A stretch of DNA of 64,000 bases from an uncultured Acidobacteriaceae bacterium (GTDB taxonomy: Bacteria; Acidobacteriota; Terriglobia; Terriglobales; Acidobacteriaceae), in the NCBI GenBank assembly GCA_963752215.1, contig CAVVXR010000019.1, positions 17,657 to 81,656 on the forward strand, in the 5' to 3' direction. This document shows, piece after piece, positions 1-11,890 of the stretch (the first letter of the stretch is position 1; every line of letters begins with the position of its first letter). The position numbers and the translations under genes were made by a program. The notes beneath the pieces are model-generated. The model searched no databases. It saw nothing but the letters and a program-made list of their open reading frames with translations, and was not told where the DNA came from.

Positions 1-36
1 AATGTTCGTATAGTTTTACAAACCCCATCTCCGGTT

Positions 37-501
37 ATGACTTTGTGGCGAATTAGCAGCCATGCCGATTTGAGCGGTGAGGGCGGTCGCTTTACGTCTG
101 CACGATGGCATACGGAGGGAAACAGGGTTGTTTACCTGGCTGAGAGTCCGGCAGGTGCGATCGTCGAGCGCCTGGTTCACTTGATGGATGTGAGGCCGGA
201 GGGAATCCTTCCGCGCACTTATCAGCTGCTTCGAATATCAATGGGTGTTGCGTCGGAGATTAAATCCCTGGAGCCCCCTTTGGGATTTGATTGGAAGGTG
301 CATGAAGAAGTTACGCAGAAAATTGGGGATGCATGGCTGGCCTTACGTGAGTCGCCCTTGGCTCGTGTTCCATCTGCGATTGCCCCATACACCTGGAACT
401 ACTTGTTGAACCCGGATCATCCGGAAGCTCGACACGCGCGCATTGTTGAAGTCATCAAGGAGCGGTTCGATAATCGGCTTTTCCGATTCGGTGGCGCATG
501 A
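37..501 (+). CDS. RES-domain protein (MbcT/ParT-like toxin, NAD+ phosphorylase family)
   Basis: LWRIS, GGRFTSARWH, VYLAES and NYLLNPDHP motifs typical of RES domains; a cognate antitoxin would lie upstream, outside the window. Confidence 0.88.
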   Translation: MTLWRISSHADLSGEGGRFTSARWHTEGNRVVYLAESPAGAIVERLVHLMDVRPEGILPRTYQLLRISMGVASEIKSLEPPLGFDWKVHEEVTQKIGDAWLALRESPLARVPSAIAPYTWNYLLNPDHPEARHARIVEVIKERFDNRLFRFGGA

Positions 502-580
502 CGCGGTCCGCACATTCATGGTAATCTCACATTAGACACTTAAGAGTGGACCTGAGAAGACAAGAGGAGTAACACACGCC

Positions 581-847
581 GTGCTGGCGACTGCTAAGAA
601 AACTACCCTGATTGAACGCTTCCGCACCCACGATTCGGACACCGGTTCGCCGGAGGTCCAGATTGCGATTCTGAGTGAGCGGATTGGCGAACTGACCGAG
701 CATTTCAAAACCCATAAGAAAGACCACGCTTCCCGGCGTGGACTTTTGATGCTGGTCAGCAAGCGCCGCCGCCTGCTGGATTACCTGAAGACGCACGATT
801 CCGACCGCTACCGCGACGTGATCGGCAAACTCGGTATCCGCAAGTAA
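581..847 (+). CDS. rpsO: 30S ribosomal protein S15
   Basis: [13 protein letters not shown]...[12 protein letters not shown]; GTG start with GAGGAG SD; followed by pnp. Confidence 0.99.
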   Translation: MLATAKKTTLIERFRTHDSDTGSPEVQIAILSERIGELTEHFKTHKKDHASRRGLLMLVSKRRRLLDYLKTHDSDRYRDVIGKLGIRK

Positions 848-1157
848 TCAGAAAGCAAACATTGACCCGGAAGCGCCCAGACCGGAAATTGGTCACGGCC
901 CCCGTTCCACCCAGAACCTGGGGCCATGGTGTACCTGGCGAACTGCAATCGCTGCCAGGGCCTGCGCACAGCTATCGGCTGAGCGCGGCTCCGCCGCGTT
1001 GCGATCGACATCAGGCCGGGCGAATCCGCTCCCTCACGCGAAACCTCCACTCTTTTGCGCGCTGCCTGTTTGCCTCCACTAATCGTCGCTTCCCAATCAC
1101 CTTCCTGCGCCTTCCCACCACAAGTTTCCCAAGCGAAAAAAATGAAACGAGGACTCT

Positions 1158-3627
1158 ATGTCTACAAGCATGAAGTAGCCGTCGAGCTTGCCGGCGGCAA
1201 GCGGCTGGTCTTTGAGACCGGCCGCATGGCCAAGCAAGCCTCTGGCGCCGCACTGGTCACCACGGGCGAAACCGTCGTCCTGGCCACTGCCGTGGCCTCT
1301 CCCGATCCCCGAGAAGGCATCGACTTTTTCCCCCTCACCGTCGACTACCGCGAGTACACCTACGCCGGCGGACGCATTCCCGGCGGCTTCATCAAGCGCG
1401 AAGGCCGGCCCAGCGAAAAAGAAGTCCTGACCTGCCGCCAGATCGATCGCCCCATCCGCCCGCTGTTCCCCGACGGCTTCCGCAACGAGACCCAGGTCAT
1501 TGCGCTGGTCTTCTCCGCCGACAAGGAGAACGATCCCGACGTGGTCGGCATCAACGCCGCCGCCGCAGCGCTGGCTCTCTCCGACATTCCATTCAGCGCT
1601 ACCGTTGGCGCGGTGCGCGTGGGCCGCGTCGATGGCGAGTTCGTCATCAACCCCACCTACGCCGAGCGCGCAGCCACCACCGTCAACATCATGGTTGTCG
1701 GCCACAAAGACGGCATCGTGATGATCGAGTCGGGCGCCAAGGAAGAGACCGAAGAAGTCATCCTGGCGGCCATCGAGTTCGCGCATACCGAGATCAAGAA
1801 GATCGTTGCCGCGATTGACGAGTTGGTTGGCCTGGCCGGCAAGCCCAAGCGTGCGTTTACCGCGCCGGAGTTACTGACGAGGCCTACTACGAAGAGCTGA
1901 AGGCCAAGATCGGCGACCGGCTCAAGGATGCGCTCGACACCAAGACGCACGCCAAGACCGAAAGCTATGCGCTGGTCAAGCAGATCAAGGACGAGCTGGC
2001 TGCCGAGTTGCCCGCCGACGATCCCGCCGCCAAGAAGAAGCTCGCCACCTATTACGAGCATCTGCGCGAGCGGACCTTCCGCGAGCAGGTGACCAAGGAC
2101 CGCATCCGTCCCGACCGCCGCGCCTTCGACGAGATTCGCGCCATCACCATCGAGACCAGCGTGCTGCCCGCGCGTCCACGGTTCGGCGCTGTTTACCCGC
2201 GGCGAGACGCAGGCGCTGGTTACGGCCACGCTGGGCACGCAGGACGACGGCCAGCGCCTGGAGAGCTATGAAGGCGAGAAGAAGAAGCCCTTCATGCTGC
2301 ACTACAACTTCCCGCCGTTCTCCGTTGGCGAGACAGGCCGCATGACGGGCACGGGCCGTCGCGAAATCGGCCACGGTGCACTTGCCGAGCGCGCAATCTC
2401 GGCGGTTCTGCCCAGCGCCGAAGAGTCGCCTTACACGATCCGCATCGTCTCCGACATTCTGGAGTCGAACGGCTCTTCGTCGATGGCCTCGGTCTGCGGC
2501 GCGAGCCTGGCGCTTTATGACTCCGGCATCGCGCTCAAGGGCTCGGTTGCCGGCGTGGCAATGGGCCTGGTCAAGGAAGGCGACGACTACGCCATCCTTA
2601 CCGACATTGCCGGCGCGGAAGACCACTATGGCGACATGGACTTCAAGGTGGCCGGAACCCGCAAGGGCATTACCGCTTTGCAGATGGACATCAAGATCGG
2701 CGGCTTGACCCGCGAGATTCTTCAGCAGGCCATGGAGCAGGCGAAACGCGGCCGGCTCTTCCTGCTGGACAAGATGGACGCGGTGCTGGACGGACCGCGC
2801 ACGGAGCGTTCAGCTTATGCGCCGCGTATCGAGACCGTGATGATTCCCACCGACAAGATTCGCGATCTGATCGGCAAGGGCGGCGCAACCATTCGCGGCA
2901 TCATCGAGCAGACCGGCGCCAAGATCGATGTGGACGACACGGGTCGCGTAAGCGTCGCTTCTTCGGACGCCGAGGGGTTGAAGAAGGCGCTCGAAATCAT
3001 CGGCAACATCACAGCTGTGCCGGAGATCGGCAAGGTTTATCTGGGCAAGGTTGTTCGGCTGGCGGAGTTCGGCGCGTTTGTCGAACTCTTCCCAGGCACC
3101 GACGGCCTGCTGCACATCTCCGAAATCGCCGAGCATCGCGTCAAGGAAGTGAAAGACGAGCTGCGCGAAGGCGACCAGGTGATGGTGAAGGTTCTGGCCA
3201 TCGAAGGCAATCGCATCAAGCTCAGCCGCAAGGCGCTCATCAAGGAGCAGAAGGCCAAGCTTGGCCCTGCGGCTCCGAGACTGAGGCTGGGGAATCCGAA
3301 GAGGCGCGAACAGCCGGAAGCGTCATGCTCCGCCTGCACGGCCGCGTCATGAGTTCGACGAGCGCCAGCCGAAGTCGAATCAGAGCACGATCCTGATTGA
3401 AGGCGGAGACGATTTCGAAGAAGAAGGGCGGCGAAGAGTTTGACGAAGAGACCGAGCCGAACTTCAACCGCGTCGAAGGTGCGCCGGTTCCGGTGGGTCA
3501 GGCGGTCGGCGCGGGCCGTCCTCCGGCGCAACAACAACAATCGCCGCCGTCGTCGCCGGCGTCCGGGTGGACCGGGCGGTCAGGTGGTGGTGGACGCGGA
3601 CCTGGCAGCGGTGGCGGCCAAGGCTAA
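1158..3627 (+). CDS. pnp: Polynucleotide phosphorylase, split by several apparent indels
   Basis: [48 protein letters not shown] (IGKGG) and S1 domains spread over ORFs 1055-1900, 2008-2271, 2294-3352, 3397-3627; SD GAGGA precedes ATG 1158, which itself needs one extra A to give MSTKHEVAV. Confidence 0.96.
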
Positions 3628-3643
3628 CCGAGGGTAGCATCGG

Positions 3644-3696
3644 AAGCAAAAGCAAGGCCCGTTCGCTGAAGCGGACGGGCCTTGCTGCCTTTGCTT
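3644..3696. terminator. Long hairpin, likely bidirectional terminator between pnp and the DGC gene
   Basis: AGCAAGGCCCGTTCGC-TGAA-GCGGACGGGCCTTGCT flanked by AAGCAAA / TTTGCTT. Confidence 0.8.
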
Positions 3697-3766
3697 GAAT
3701 CATCTTGAATCCCAGCCTAACGCGATCGGAGCATCTGCATCCTGCATCGAAGCTTCAGCCGTAATC

Positions 3767-5071
3767 CTACTTGAGTGCGGTGAGCAAGTAGGGCCTCACC
3801 GGCGCGAGCTCTTTTGAAAGGATCGCGGACGAGTTCTTTGCGTCATACATCCTCAGATCCGCTGCAATACATAAGTCTTCCATCTGATTCGCATCGTCAG
3901 GAAAGACAGCAATACCAATGCTGGCTCCCACCCTGACTTCCTTTCCGGCCAAAAGCATTGGCTCTTCGAGAATCAGCTTCAACGTTTCTCCTACCTGAAA
4001 AGCATCCTCTCTGCTTGTGGGTCCTTCAAGAATAATGGAGAACTCGTCGCCGCCGGTTCGCGCCACTGTGTCTGAGCGGCGAACCCGCCCGGAAAACATT
4101 GCCGCCACGTATTGCAAGACCAGGTCGCCAACATGATGACCCAATGTGTCATTGACCTGCTTGAAGCGATCGAGGTCCACGACCAGCAAGGCTGCCTGTG
4201 CTTCTGAACGCCTGGCGCGTTCCAAAGCGATGGCAAGCCTGTCCTGATACAAGCGCCGATTCGGCAGCCCGGTGAGATGGTCGTGCAGCGCCAGGTGCCG
4301 ATTATGTTCGATCTGGTCCTCAAGTAACAGCAGGATCATGCCGACGGCGACCACGAACTTCGGCAGATTCCACACTTCGCTTTCGACGTGAACGGCCGGT
4401 AGACATGCTTGCATCCACGGCGCAACAACGAACACCGATGCCCAGGTAACGAATCCGGAAACCGTAATGAACGATCCAGCCGTGGCGCGGCGGTGTGCGT
4501 ACCAAAAGTGGATGCAGCACCCGAAGTACACAGTGAACAATACGCCATTCAGGGCCAGGCTTCCACCATCGCCGGATTTGAATTGGGTGAGGAGCAGAAA
4601 AGTTGCAAGTATGGAATAGAGTGTGACCAGAACCCAACGTAGCCGGCTGTTGAATCTTCTTATCGCCAGCAAGGTGACCAGCAACGGTAACGCGCCTATC
4701 AGGGTCGCAGCTGGAATCAAGGCGCGGTCTGCACTCGGACTAACAGAGAGAAGAGCGATATAGAGAGTGTTGGTTGCTCCCAATACTCCGAACATCCAAC
4801 GGCTGGATATCTCTTGGCGATAGGGAACTGACGACCACATGAAGAGTAGTCCAGCCCAAACCAAAGCGGAGAGCCCGACGATCCCCGCCAATTGGCCCCA
4901 AGGGCCAGGCATGAGCAGAAAGAGGAAAGCTCCAAAGTGCAAGGCAATCATCATCCAGCCTGTGAGCCAGATCCCGGAGACAGGGGTCGGGTTGCGTCGA
5001 GACACGGATGCGAAGGCGGCCGTAAGCAAAGCGATGGCTGCCAGGTCCGGAATCTCGCTCCAGTTGATCAC
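3767..5071 (-). CDS. Multi-TM membrane diguanylate cyclase (GGDEF)
   Basis: About 8 hydrophobic helices, then DHLTGLPNR, DLDRFKQVND, RRSD I-site and RTGGDEF; GTG 5071 with GAGGTG SD preferred over TTG 5230. Confidence 0.92.
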   Translation of the reverse strand: MINWSEIPDLAAIALLTAAFASVSRRNPTPVSGIWLTGWMMIALHFGAFLFLLMPGPWGQLAGIVGLSALVWAGLLFMWSSVPYRQEISSRWMFGVLGATNTLYIALLSVSPSADRALIPAATLIGALPLLVTLLAIRRFNSRLRWVLVTLYSILATFLLLTQFKSGDGGSLALNGVLFTVYFGCCIHFWYAHRRATAGSFITVSGFVTWASVFVVAPWMQACLPAVHVESEVWNLPKFVVAVGMILLLLEDQIEHNRHLALHDHLTGLPNRRLYQDRLAIALERARRSEAQAALLVVDLDRFKQVNDTLGHHVGDLVLQYVAAMFSGRVRRSDTVARTGGDEFSIILEGPTSREDAFQVGETLKLILEEPMLLAGKEVRVGASIGIAVFPDDANQMEDLCIAADLRMYDAKNSSAILSKELAPVRPYLLTALK

Positions 5072-5389
5072 AATCACCTCAAAAATAAACTTTCGTACGT
5101 CTATTGAATCGACAACCCCAAGTGCAACACCATCACTCTTTCGTAGTAGCCACAGATTATCGATGTGAATCGGTGGAAAAGCGAAGACGAACTCAGGGCC
5201 TCCGAATGACGAGCGATTGGTATTTCCCAAGCTTTAGCGCAAAACCCGCTGGATCAGGCTCCTGGCCACTCCTATGACTATCGTAATGGAGGGCGGGCGC
5301 TCAGCGAGCAACCGACATCGCAGGTGTGCGCCCAAAACGGTCCCAGCATGAAAAGAGCAGGAAACTCAAAGATCAAAGTTGAGTTCTTG

Positions 5390-6698
5390 TCATCGAGTGA
5401 TCAGCTCTTCTTCTTTGGGCGTGAAGACATTTCCCATGCGGCGAATTTGCGCGCCCACGCCGCGCAGCTTCTCCTCGATTCGCTCGTAACCGCGATCCAT
5501 ATGATAGACCCGATCGAGAATGGATTCTCCGTCGGCCACCAGCGCAGCCAGCACCAATGAAGCTGACGCCCGCAAGTCCGAACACATCACGGCAGCCGAT
5601 GAAAGCCTCGCTGGCCCTCGCACGGTTGCGCTACTGCCGTCGACTTTGATGTTGGCGCCCATGCGCACCAGTTCCTGTACGTGCATGAAACGATTTTCGA
5701 AGATATTTTCCTTGACTGCGCTGACACCTTCGCCCTGGGTTGCAAGCGCCATGTACTGTGCCTGCATGTCGGTGGGAAAGCCGGGATATTCTTCGGTGGA
5801 GATGTCAGCTGCTCGCAGGTTTCCTTCCGCACGCACTCGAACCGTGTCCGGTCCAAGAATATCCACACGAGCGCCAGCCTCTTGCAGTTTAGCGATCACC
5901 GCGCCCAGATGAGCCGGGTTGCAGTTGGCGACAATCAGATCGCCGCCGTGTAATCGCGCCGGCGATCAGAAACGTCCCCGCTTCGATGCGATCGGGATTG
6001 ATGCGATAGCGCGCGCCATGAAGCTGCGTCGACGCCCTTGCACACGAATGGTCGAAGTGCCTGCGCCTTCGATCTTCGCGCCCATCGCGGTGAGCAGGGC
6101 AGCCAGGTCGGCAACTTCAGGCTCGCGCGCGCAGTTCTCCATCAGGGTTTCGCCCTCAGCCAGCACGGCGGCCATCAGCAGATCTTCGGTGCCGGTGACG
6201 GTGATCCTGTCGAAGACAATATGCGCGCCTTCAATCGCTCCGCACGAGCCTCAAGATAGCCGTGTTCCTGCGATGATGGTGGCGCCCATCTTTTCCAGAC
6301 CCTTGATGTGCAGATCGATCGGCCTGCCGCCGATGGCGCATCCGCCGGGCATGGCTACGCGGGCCATGCCGGCGCGCGCAATCAGCGGACCGAGCACCAG
6401 GGAACTGGCCCGCATGGTTTTCACGATTTCGTATTTGGCTTCGGGGTCGGAGAGTTTCCGGCAGCTGATCGTGGTGCGATGTTGCGCGCGCCCATAGCCG
6501 AGTTCGACCTCGGCGCCCATCGAAGCCAGCAACCGGCGCTCGGTCTCGATGTCCCGCACCTGGGGAATGTTTTCGAGCATGACTTCGTCCTCGGTTAGGA
6601 TTGCCGCGGCCATGCAGGGCAGCGCCGAATTCTTCGCGCCCGAGATACGCGACCGTACCTACCAGCGGATTGCCGCCGCGAATGACAAACTTATCCAT
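5390..6698 (-). CDS. murA: UDP-N-acetylglucosamine 1-carboxyvinyltransferase, split by apparent indels
   Basis: [58 protein letters not shown] and DRGYE distributed over several frames. Confidence 0.95.
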
Positions 6699-6799
6699 GA
6701 AAGCTTATCGGCTCCTGGTCTTCCAGTTTAAATCGATGTGGGAGTAAAGCGGGCAGGACAATGTGCGCCTTCTTCAGGGACAACTATTTGATTCGGGTA

Positions 6800-7779
6800 T
6801 TACAGCTCCAGCACATTGTCTTCGATGGCTAGCCGGACATTGCCGTCGGATTTTGCCAGGCGACGAACGGCTTCCGGCTTGTCGACCCTGGCTTTGAGCA
6901 TGACCAGGGCTACAGGAACGCTGCGGCCAGCGCTCTTGATAGTGCTGCACCGCGGTCTCGCGATCGATCTTGCAGGCGCTCATCAGAATGCGGATGCCGC
7001 GCTCGACCAGCTTCGAGTTCTGCATGTGCACGTTGACCATCAGGTTCTCGTACACATAGCCCAGGCGCGTCATGGCGCCGGTGGTGATCATGTTCAGGAT
7101 CATCTTCTGGGCAGAACCGGCCTTCATGCGCGTGGAGCCGGAGATGACCTCGGGGCCGACTTCGGCAACGATGGCAATATCGGCGGCCGCGGCCAGCGGC
7201 GTGTCATGGTTGCAGGTGACGGCGGCGGTGTGGGCTCCGCGAGCGCGGGCATAGGCCACGGCGGCCACGACATACGGGGTGCGGCCTGAGGCGGAGACAC
7301 CGACCACGACATCTTTGCGCGTGGGACGGCGGCGGGCGATGTCGCGCTGGCCAAGCTCTTCGGAGTCTTCGTTGACTTCGACGGCCGAGGCCAGCGCCTT
7401 GGGTCCGCCGGCCATGATGTACTGCACCTGGCCGGGAGCCGTGGAGTAGGTCGGGGGGCACTCGGAGGAGTCGAGCGCGGCGATGCGGCCGCTGGAACCT
7501 GCGCCGACATAAATCAGCCGGCCGCCATCGCGGAGGCTGCGGGCCACCTGATCGATGACCTGCGCGATCTCAGGAATGGCTTTCTTGACTGCTGCCGCGA
7601 CCTTGGCATCTTCGTGATTAATGATGCGGGCAATTTCGAGTGCGGATTTGGTGTCAAAGCCTTGAGAAGCCTCATTCTGGCTCTCGGTGGTCAGTTGTTG
7701 AAGCAGGGAGGCCTGGTCTTTTTTGGTATCAATTGCTTCAGGCGCCGGGCGTATCCTGCATCGTCGAGCTGGTAAGCAT
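6800..7779 (-). CDS. murQ: N-acetylmuramic acid 6-phosphate etherase, with apparent indels near both ends
   Basis: GAGSSGRI, DSSECPPTY, SASGRTPYV, GPEVISGSTRMKAG, NLMVNV; C-terminus continues in another frame to TAA at 6800; likely ATG 7779 is out of frame with the body. Confidence 0.93.
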
Positions 7780-7878
7780 GCGTAGGTCCCCAACCATTGA
7801 TTGTATCTGGAAATCGTGCAAATCAAAGAGAATTCTATTGGACGTATCCACTCGTGAAAACGGCAAGTATCGAGTACA

Positions 7879-9010
7879 CTAAATCGCTTCGCGAACAGCG
7901 TCGTGAAAAACAGGCCGGACCTCGCGGATCAGCTGGCATTGCCGATCGGGCCAGGTTCGGTTGGTGAGCAGGGCGACGGCTATCGTCGGCGTCCCGGTCA
8001 ATCCAAAGTGAACATCCGCTGAAGCCCAGGTGCCCAATGGAGCGCGTAGAAAAATGCCGGCCGGATGTGGAATTCTCAGAAGGCGTATCCCAGCCAAGCG
8101 CGCGCGAACTGCCCTCGGGACCTTGCCGCTGAGCGAAGAACTCGATGGTGGCGGGGTCAAACAGTCGCGGCCCTGCGGTCTCTGAATCGACCGTGTCGCC
8201 GGGATGGAGGATCTCACCGGCGAAACGCAGCAGGTCCGGGACATTGGAGAAAAGTCCGGCATGGCCGGCCGCGCCTTTGAGCACCCAGGCATTTTCGTCC
8301 TGCACTTCGCCCTGAATGCGGCGATGGCGAAAAGTTGTGTCCTCCTCAGTAGGAGGAATTGAAGCTCGCATTTCGAGGGCCGGGCAGAATTGTGAGGCGG
8401 CAAGCCCAAGCGGCTCGAAGACTTCGCGGCGTGCCCAGGTTGCCAGGTATTCGCGCGTAAGAACCTCTAGCGCCTTGCCGAGCAGGATGAAGCCTGGATC
8501 GGAGTATTCAGCGCGGGCACCGGGCTCGGCTTCTAGGTGCAACTCAAGGCAGGCGCGAAACAGCGCAGCGGGCGTTGCGGCTTTGCGGAAGAAATCCACA
8601 TAGCCGGGCAATCCGGAATTGTGTGCCAGCAAATGGCGCAGCGTCACTTCGCGGGCATGATCCCCGGGAGCGCGGGCCGCCACAAAGCCTGGCAGCAACT
8701 CTCCCAGCGGCGTTTGAAGGTCGAGGAGGCCGCGTTGATAAAGCAGCATAGCGACGGAAGTGGTCGAAACCACCTTAGTAAGGCTGGCCACGTCGAAGAC
8801 GGTCTGAGCCGCTACGGCTGGAGAACCCTCGTCGTAAGTGAATTGCCCGAGGGCGTCTAACAGGACGACTTCTCCGTGAGCTAGAACCCCGAAAGCGCAA
8901 CCGGGAAAGGCGCGGGCGGCGATGGCATCGGAAAGCACACGGTAAACAGCGGCGAACCGGCCCTCTGGGCTGGCTTCAAAAAAGTTGAAAGGAGCGGCTT
9001 TGGTCGGCAT
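7879..9010 (-). CDS. Serine hydrolase (AmpC/beta-lactamase-like, probably cell-wall recycling)
   Basis: FDVASLTK (SxxK), LLAHNSG, YSD, AGHAGLF, GHLGFSG; tail LLTNRTWP in a second frame after about 7985. Confidence 0.88.
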
Positions 9011-9148
9011 GTCTGTCTTGCATCGTAACGCGGATCAAGGGTCGACGCCGTTCCTGGCTACTGATTTTTTGTGCTAAGGCTCATCAATTGAGGCTATCCT
9101 TGGATGCGAACGATTCGTCTATTGCAAGCAGGGGCCTACGGGGGAGTC

Positions 9149-9982
9149 ATGCGCTTTTCGAGCGGAATGTCTATGGCTGGGATGGCAGTGTGCCTGTTGG
9201 TATTGACCTCTGTGGCTTGCGCCGCGCAGACGCCGGCCCCGGATTCGGTCCCGGCACCCGCTCCGGTCAAGAAGATCTACACCGTCCCTGCCGGCACTAA
9301 AGTTCTGCTTCAGTTGCGAAGTGGCATCAACACCAGGAGCGCCAAACCGGGCGATGGCGTGTATCTTGCTTCGATCTTTCCGGTGGTGGTCGGAAACAAG
9401 GTTATGATTCCGGCCGGGGTCTACGTGCAGGGGGTAGTAGACCGGGTTGCGCGCGCCGGACGGGTGAAGGGCAAGTCGCAACTGGACATGCACTTTACCT
9501 CGATGATTTTTCCCAACGGCACGGTAGTGGAGATCCCCGGGCTGGTGAATAGCCTCCCTGGCGCGAAGACGCAACAAGTGAAGGACGATGGCGAAGGAAC
9601 CATTGAACAGGATGCGGACAGGGGAAGAAACGTCAGTAAGGCGGCAGAGATTGCAATTCCAACCGGCGGGACGGTTGGCTCGATTGGCGGCCTGGCAGGT
9701 GGACACCCCATCGGGGGTGGAGTGGCCGGCCTTGGGGCCGGGCTTGCCGCTGTTGGTCTGGTATCGCTCTTTACGCGCGGCGCAGACGTCAACATCGACA
9801 GCGGAACCCAGGTTGAAATGCTTCTGCAAAGACCGCTCCTTCTGGAGGAAGAAAATCTCGCTACCGCCGGCCAACCAGGCAGCGCTCCAGCCCTGGTCCC
9901 GGCAGCCACCCAACCCAAGCCACTCGAAAAGCCGATGCGCGCCCGAATTTTATGCCCGCCCGGTGGGCTCGGCTGCTCATAA
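9149..9982 (+). CDS. Secreted TrbI/VirB10-like beta protein with glycine-zipper segment
   Basis: Signal peptide, VPAGT...AKPGD...IPAG...GRVKG pattern and Gly-rich GGLAGG/GVAGLGAG helix. Confidence 0.65.
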   Translation: MRFSSGMSMAGMAVCLLVLTSVACAAQTPAPDSVPAPAPVKKIYTVPAGTKVLLQLRSGINTRSAKPGDGVYLASIFPVVVGNKVMIPAGVYVQGVVDRVARAGRVKGKSQLDMHFTSMIFPNGTVVEIPGLVNSLPGAKTQQVKDDGEGTIEQDADRGRNVSKAAEIAIPTGGTVGSIGGLAGGHPIGGGVAGLGAGLAAVGLVSLFTRGADVNIDSGTQVEMLLQRPLLLEEENLATAGQPGSAPALVPAATQPKPLEKPMRARILCPPGGLGCS

Positions 9983-10003
9983 TTTCGGGTAATCTAAAAG
10001 AAG

Positions 10004-10618
10004 ATGCAAACGGATACACAAAATAATCCAGACCTTCAATTGACCCCCGTGGTTGAGACTGACTCCAGCAAGTCGGAACTGGGCACTGCGCCGGCACCGC
10101 CGCGCAAGAGCGCCGGAGTTGGGTTGTGGATTCGCGATTTACTGATTTCCGCGGGCGCGTCGATCCTCATCATCACCTTTCTTTACCAGCCGGTCCGGGT
10201 GGAAGGCACCAGCATGCTGCCACGCCTGGAAGATCGTGACCGCCTGTTCATCAACAAATTCGTCTATCACGTTACGGCCATCGAACGCGACGACGTGGTC
10301 GTCTTCCGTTACCCGCGCGATCCTGAGAAAAGCTACATCAAGCGCGTGATCGCGTTGCCCGGTGACCGGCTGCGCATCGACCATGGCCAGGTCTGGCTCA
10401 ACGGACAGCAGCTCGACGAGAGCTATGTACCGGAGGAGTATCGCGACACCAAATCCATGGCGGAGATGGTCGTTCCCGAAGGCACCTACTTCATGATGGG
10501 CGATCATCGGTCTATATCTTCAGACAGCCGCGAATTTGGGCCCGTGGAGCGCTCTCTCATTTACGGTAAGGCTGTCTTTGTCTATTGGCCGACGCGGGAT
10601 GCGGGCGTCGTGCGCTAG
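10004..10618 (+). CDS. lepB: Signal peptidase I
   Basis: GTSMLPRL, YIKRVIALPGD, GDHRSISSDSR. Confidence 0.96.
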   Translation: MQTDTQNNPDLQLTPVVETDSSKSELGTAPAPPRKSAGVGLWIRDLLISAGASILIITFLYQPVRVEGTSMLPRLEDRDRLFINKFVYHVTAIERDDVVVFRYPRDPEKSYIKRVIALPGDRLRIDHGQVWLNGQQLDESYVPEEYRDTKSMAEMVVPEGTYFMMGDHRSISSDSREFGPVERSLIYGKAVFVYWPTRDAGVVR

Positions 10619-10738
10619 CGGCAGGCAAGGGCGGGAGCGACCAAGCCCGTGCGAGCAACGGCGAGCGTCTGCCCCACCGCAGGTGGTGTGTCCCGCCGCA
10701 GGTGGTAGAATCGATTGAATCCACTCCTCGGAGACGCA

Positions 10739-11890
10739 ATGCAGGCGATTCTGGCGCTCGAAGACGGGCGCATCTTCCGTGGCCTCGGCTATGGGCACCC
10801 AAGCGAAAGCCTGGGTGAGGTTGTTTTTAATACTTCTCTAACCGGTTACCAGGAAATCGCCACCGATCCTTCCTATGCCGGGCAAATTGTCGTTCTCACC
10901 AATCCGCAAATCGGTAACTACGGCACCAACCAGGCAGACAACGAATCGGCCAGGCCTTATATCGAGGGTTTGATCGTTCGCGAGTTCTCGCCTATCAGCT
11001 CCAACTGGCGCTCCGAGCAGGTGACAGACGAGTACATGGAGCGCTATCAGGTGCCTGTGCTGGCGGAGATCGACACCCGCGCGCTGGTTCGCCATCTGCG
11101 TACCCACGGCGTAATGCGCGGTGTGATTTCGACTGCCGTCGCCGACGTCGAGGCGCTTGTTCAGAAAGCCAGAAGCATTCGCAAGATGGATGGGACGGAC
11201 CTGGCTCGCGTTGTCTCGACGAAGAGCATTTATCAGTTCGATTCTTCCGACAGCCGCAATCAGTCGGGCGAACCTTTGCTGAGTGAAGGCTTCATTAAGA
11301 AAGAGGAAGCTCGCCGAGACCTTTTGCACGTGGTAGCGTACGACTTCGGTATGAAGCAGAACATTTTGAGAATGCTCACTCGCGAGGGCTGCCGAGTTAC
11401 GGTGGTGCCTGCAGAGACCACTGCCGAGGATGTGCTGGAGTTGAAGCCAGACGGAGTCTTTCTCTCTAACGGTCCAGGTGATCCTGAGCCGGTGGACTAT
11501 GCGGTGCGTTCCATTCGCAAATTTCTGGGCCGCGTTCCGGTTTTTGGAATCTGTCTGGGTCACCAGCTCACGGGTTTGGCTCTCGGCGGCAAGACTTACA
11601 AGCTCAAATTCGGCCATCACGGCGGCAACCACCCGGTCAAGAACATGAGCAACGGCAAGGTCGAGATCACGGCCCACAACCACAACTTCGCCGTCGATCC
11701 CGATTCGATCAACGCCAATGAAGTTGAGTTGACTCACGTGGACTTGAACGACAACACGCTTGAAGGGCTGCGCCACAAGACGCTGCCGTTGTTCAGCGTG
11801 CAGTACCACCCCGAAGCTGCACCAGGGCCGCATGACTCGCACTACTTGTTCCGCGACTTCCGGTTGATGATGGAGGAGTGGAAGGGATGA
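10739..11890 (+). CDS. carA: Carbamoyl-phosphate synthase small subunit
   Basis: [33 protein letters not shown]. Confidence 0.99.
   Translation: MQAILALEDGRIFRGLGYGHPSESLGEVVFNTSLTGYQEIATDPSYAGQIVVLTNPQIGNYGTNQADNESARPYIEGLIVREFSPISSNWRSEQVTDEYMERYQVPVLAEIDTRALVRHLRTHGVMRGVISTAVADVEALVQKARSIRKMDGTDLARVVSTKSIYQFDSSDSRNQSGEPLLSEGFIKKEEARRDLLHVVAYDFGMKQNILRMLTREGCRVTVVPAETTAEDVLELKPDGVFLSNGPGDPEPVDYAVRSIRKFLGRVPVFGICLGHQLTGLALGGKTYKLKFGHHGGNHPVKNMSNGKVEITAHNHNFAVDPDSINANEVELTHVDLNDNTLEGLRHKTLPLFSVQYHPEAAPGPHDSHYLFRDFRLMMEEWKG

Noticed and set aside
1158-3627. Programmed frameshifting or pseudogenisation of pnp (also murA and miaB)
   Set aside because: Too many breaks, no shared slippery motif, and otherwise strongly conserved protein sequence; assembly error is simpler
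5245-5306. Foldable GC-rich segment resembling an HDV ribozyme loop or a B12 box (GGCCAGGAGCCTG on the minus strand)
   Set aside because: Required pseudoknot or other cobalamin elements are absent; it overlaps a plausible -10 (TACGAT) for the DGC gene
9149-9982. VirB10-like gene as sign of a conjugative element
   Set aside because: No other T4SS, relaxase or integrase genes; sits in a housekeeping run with lepB and carA
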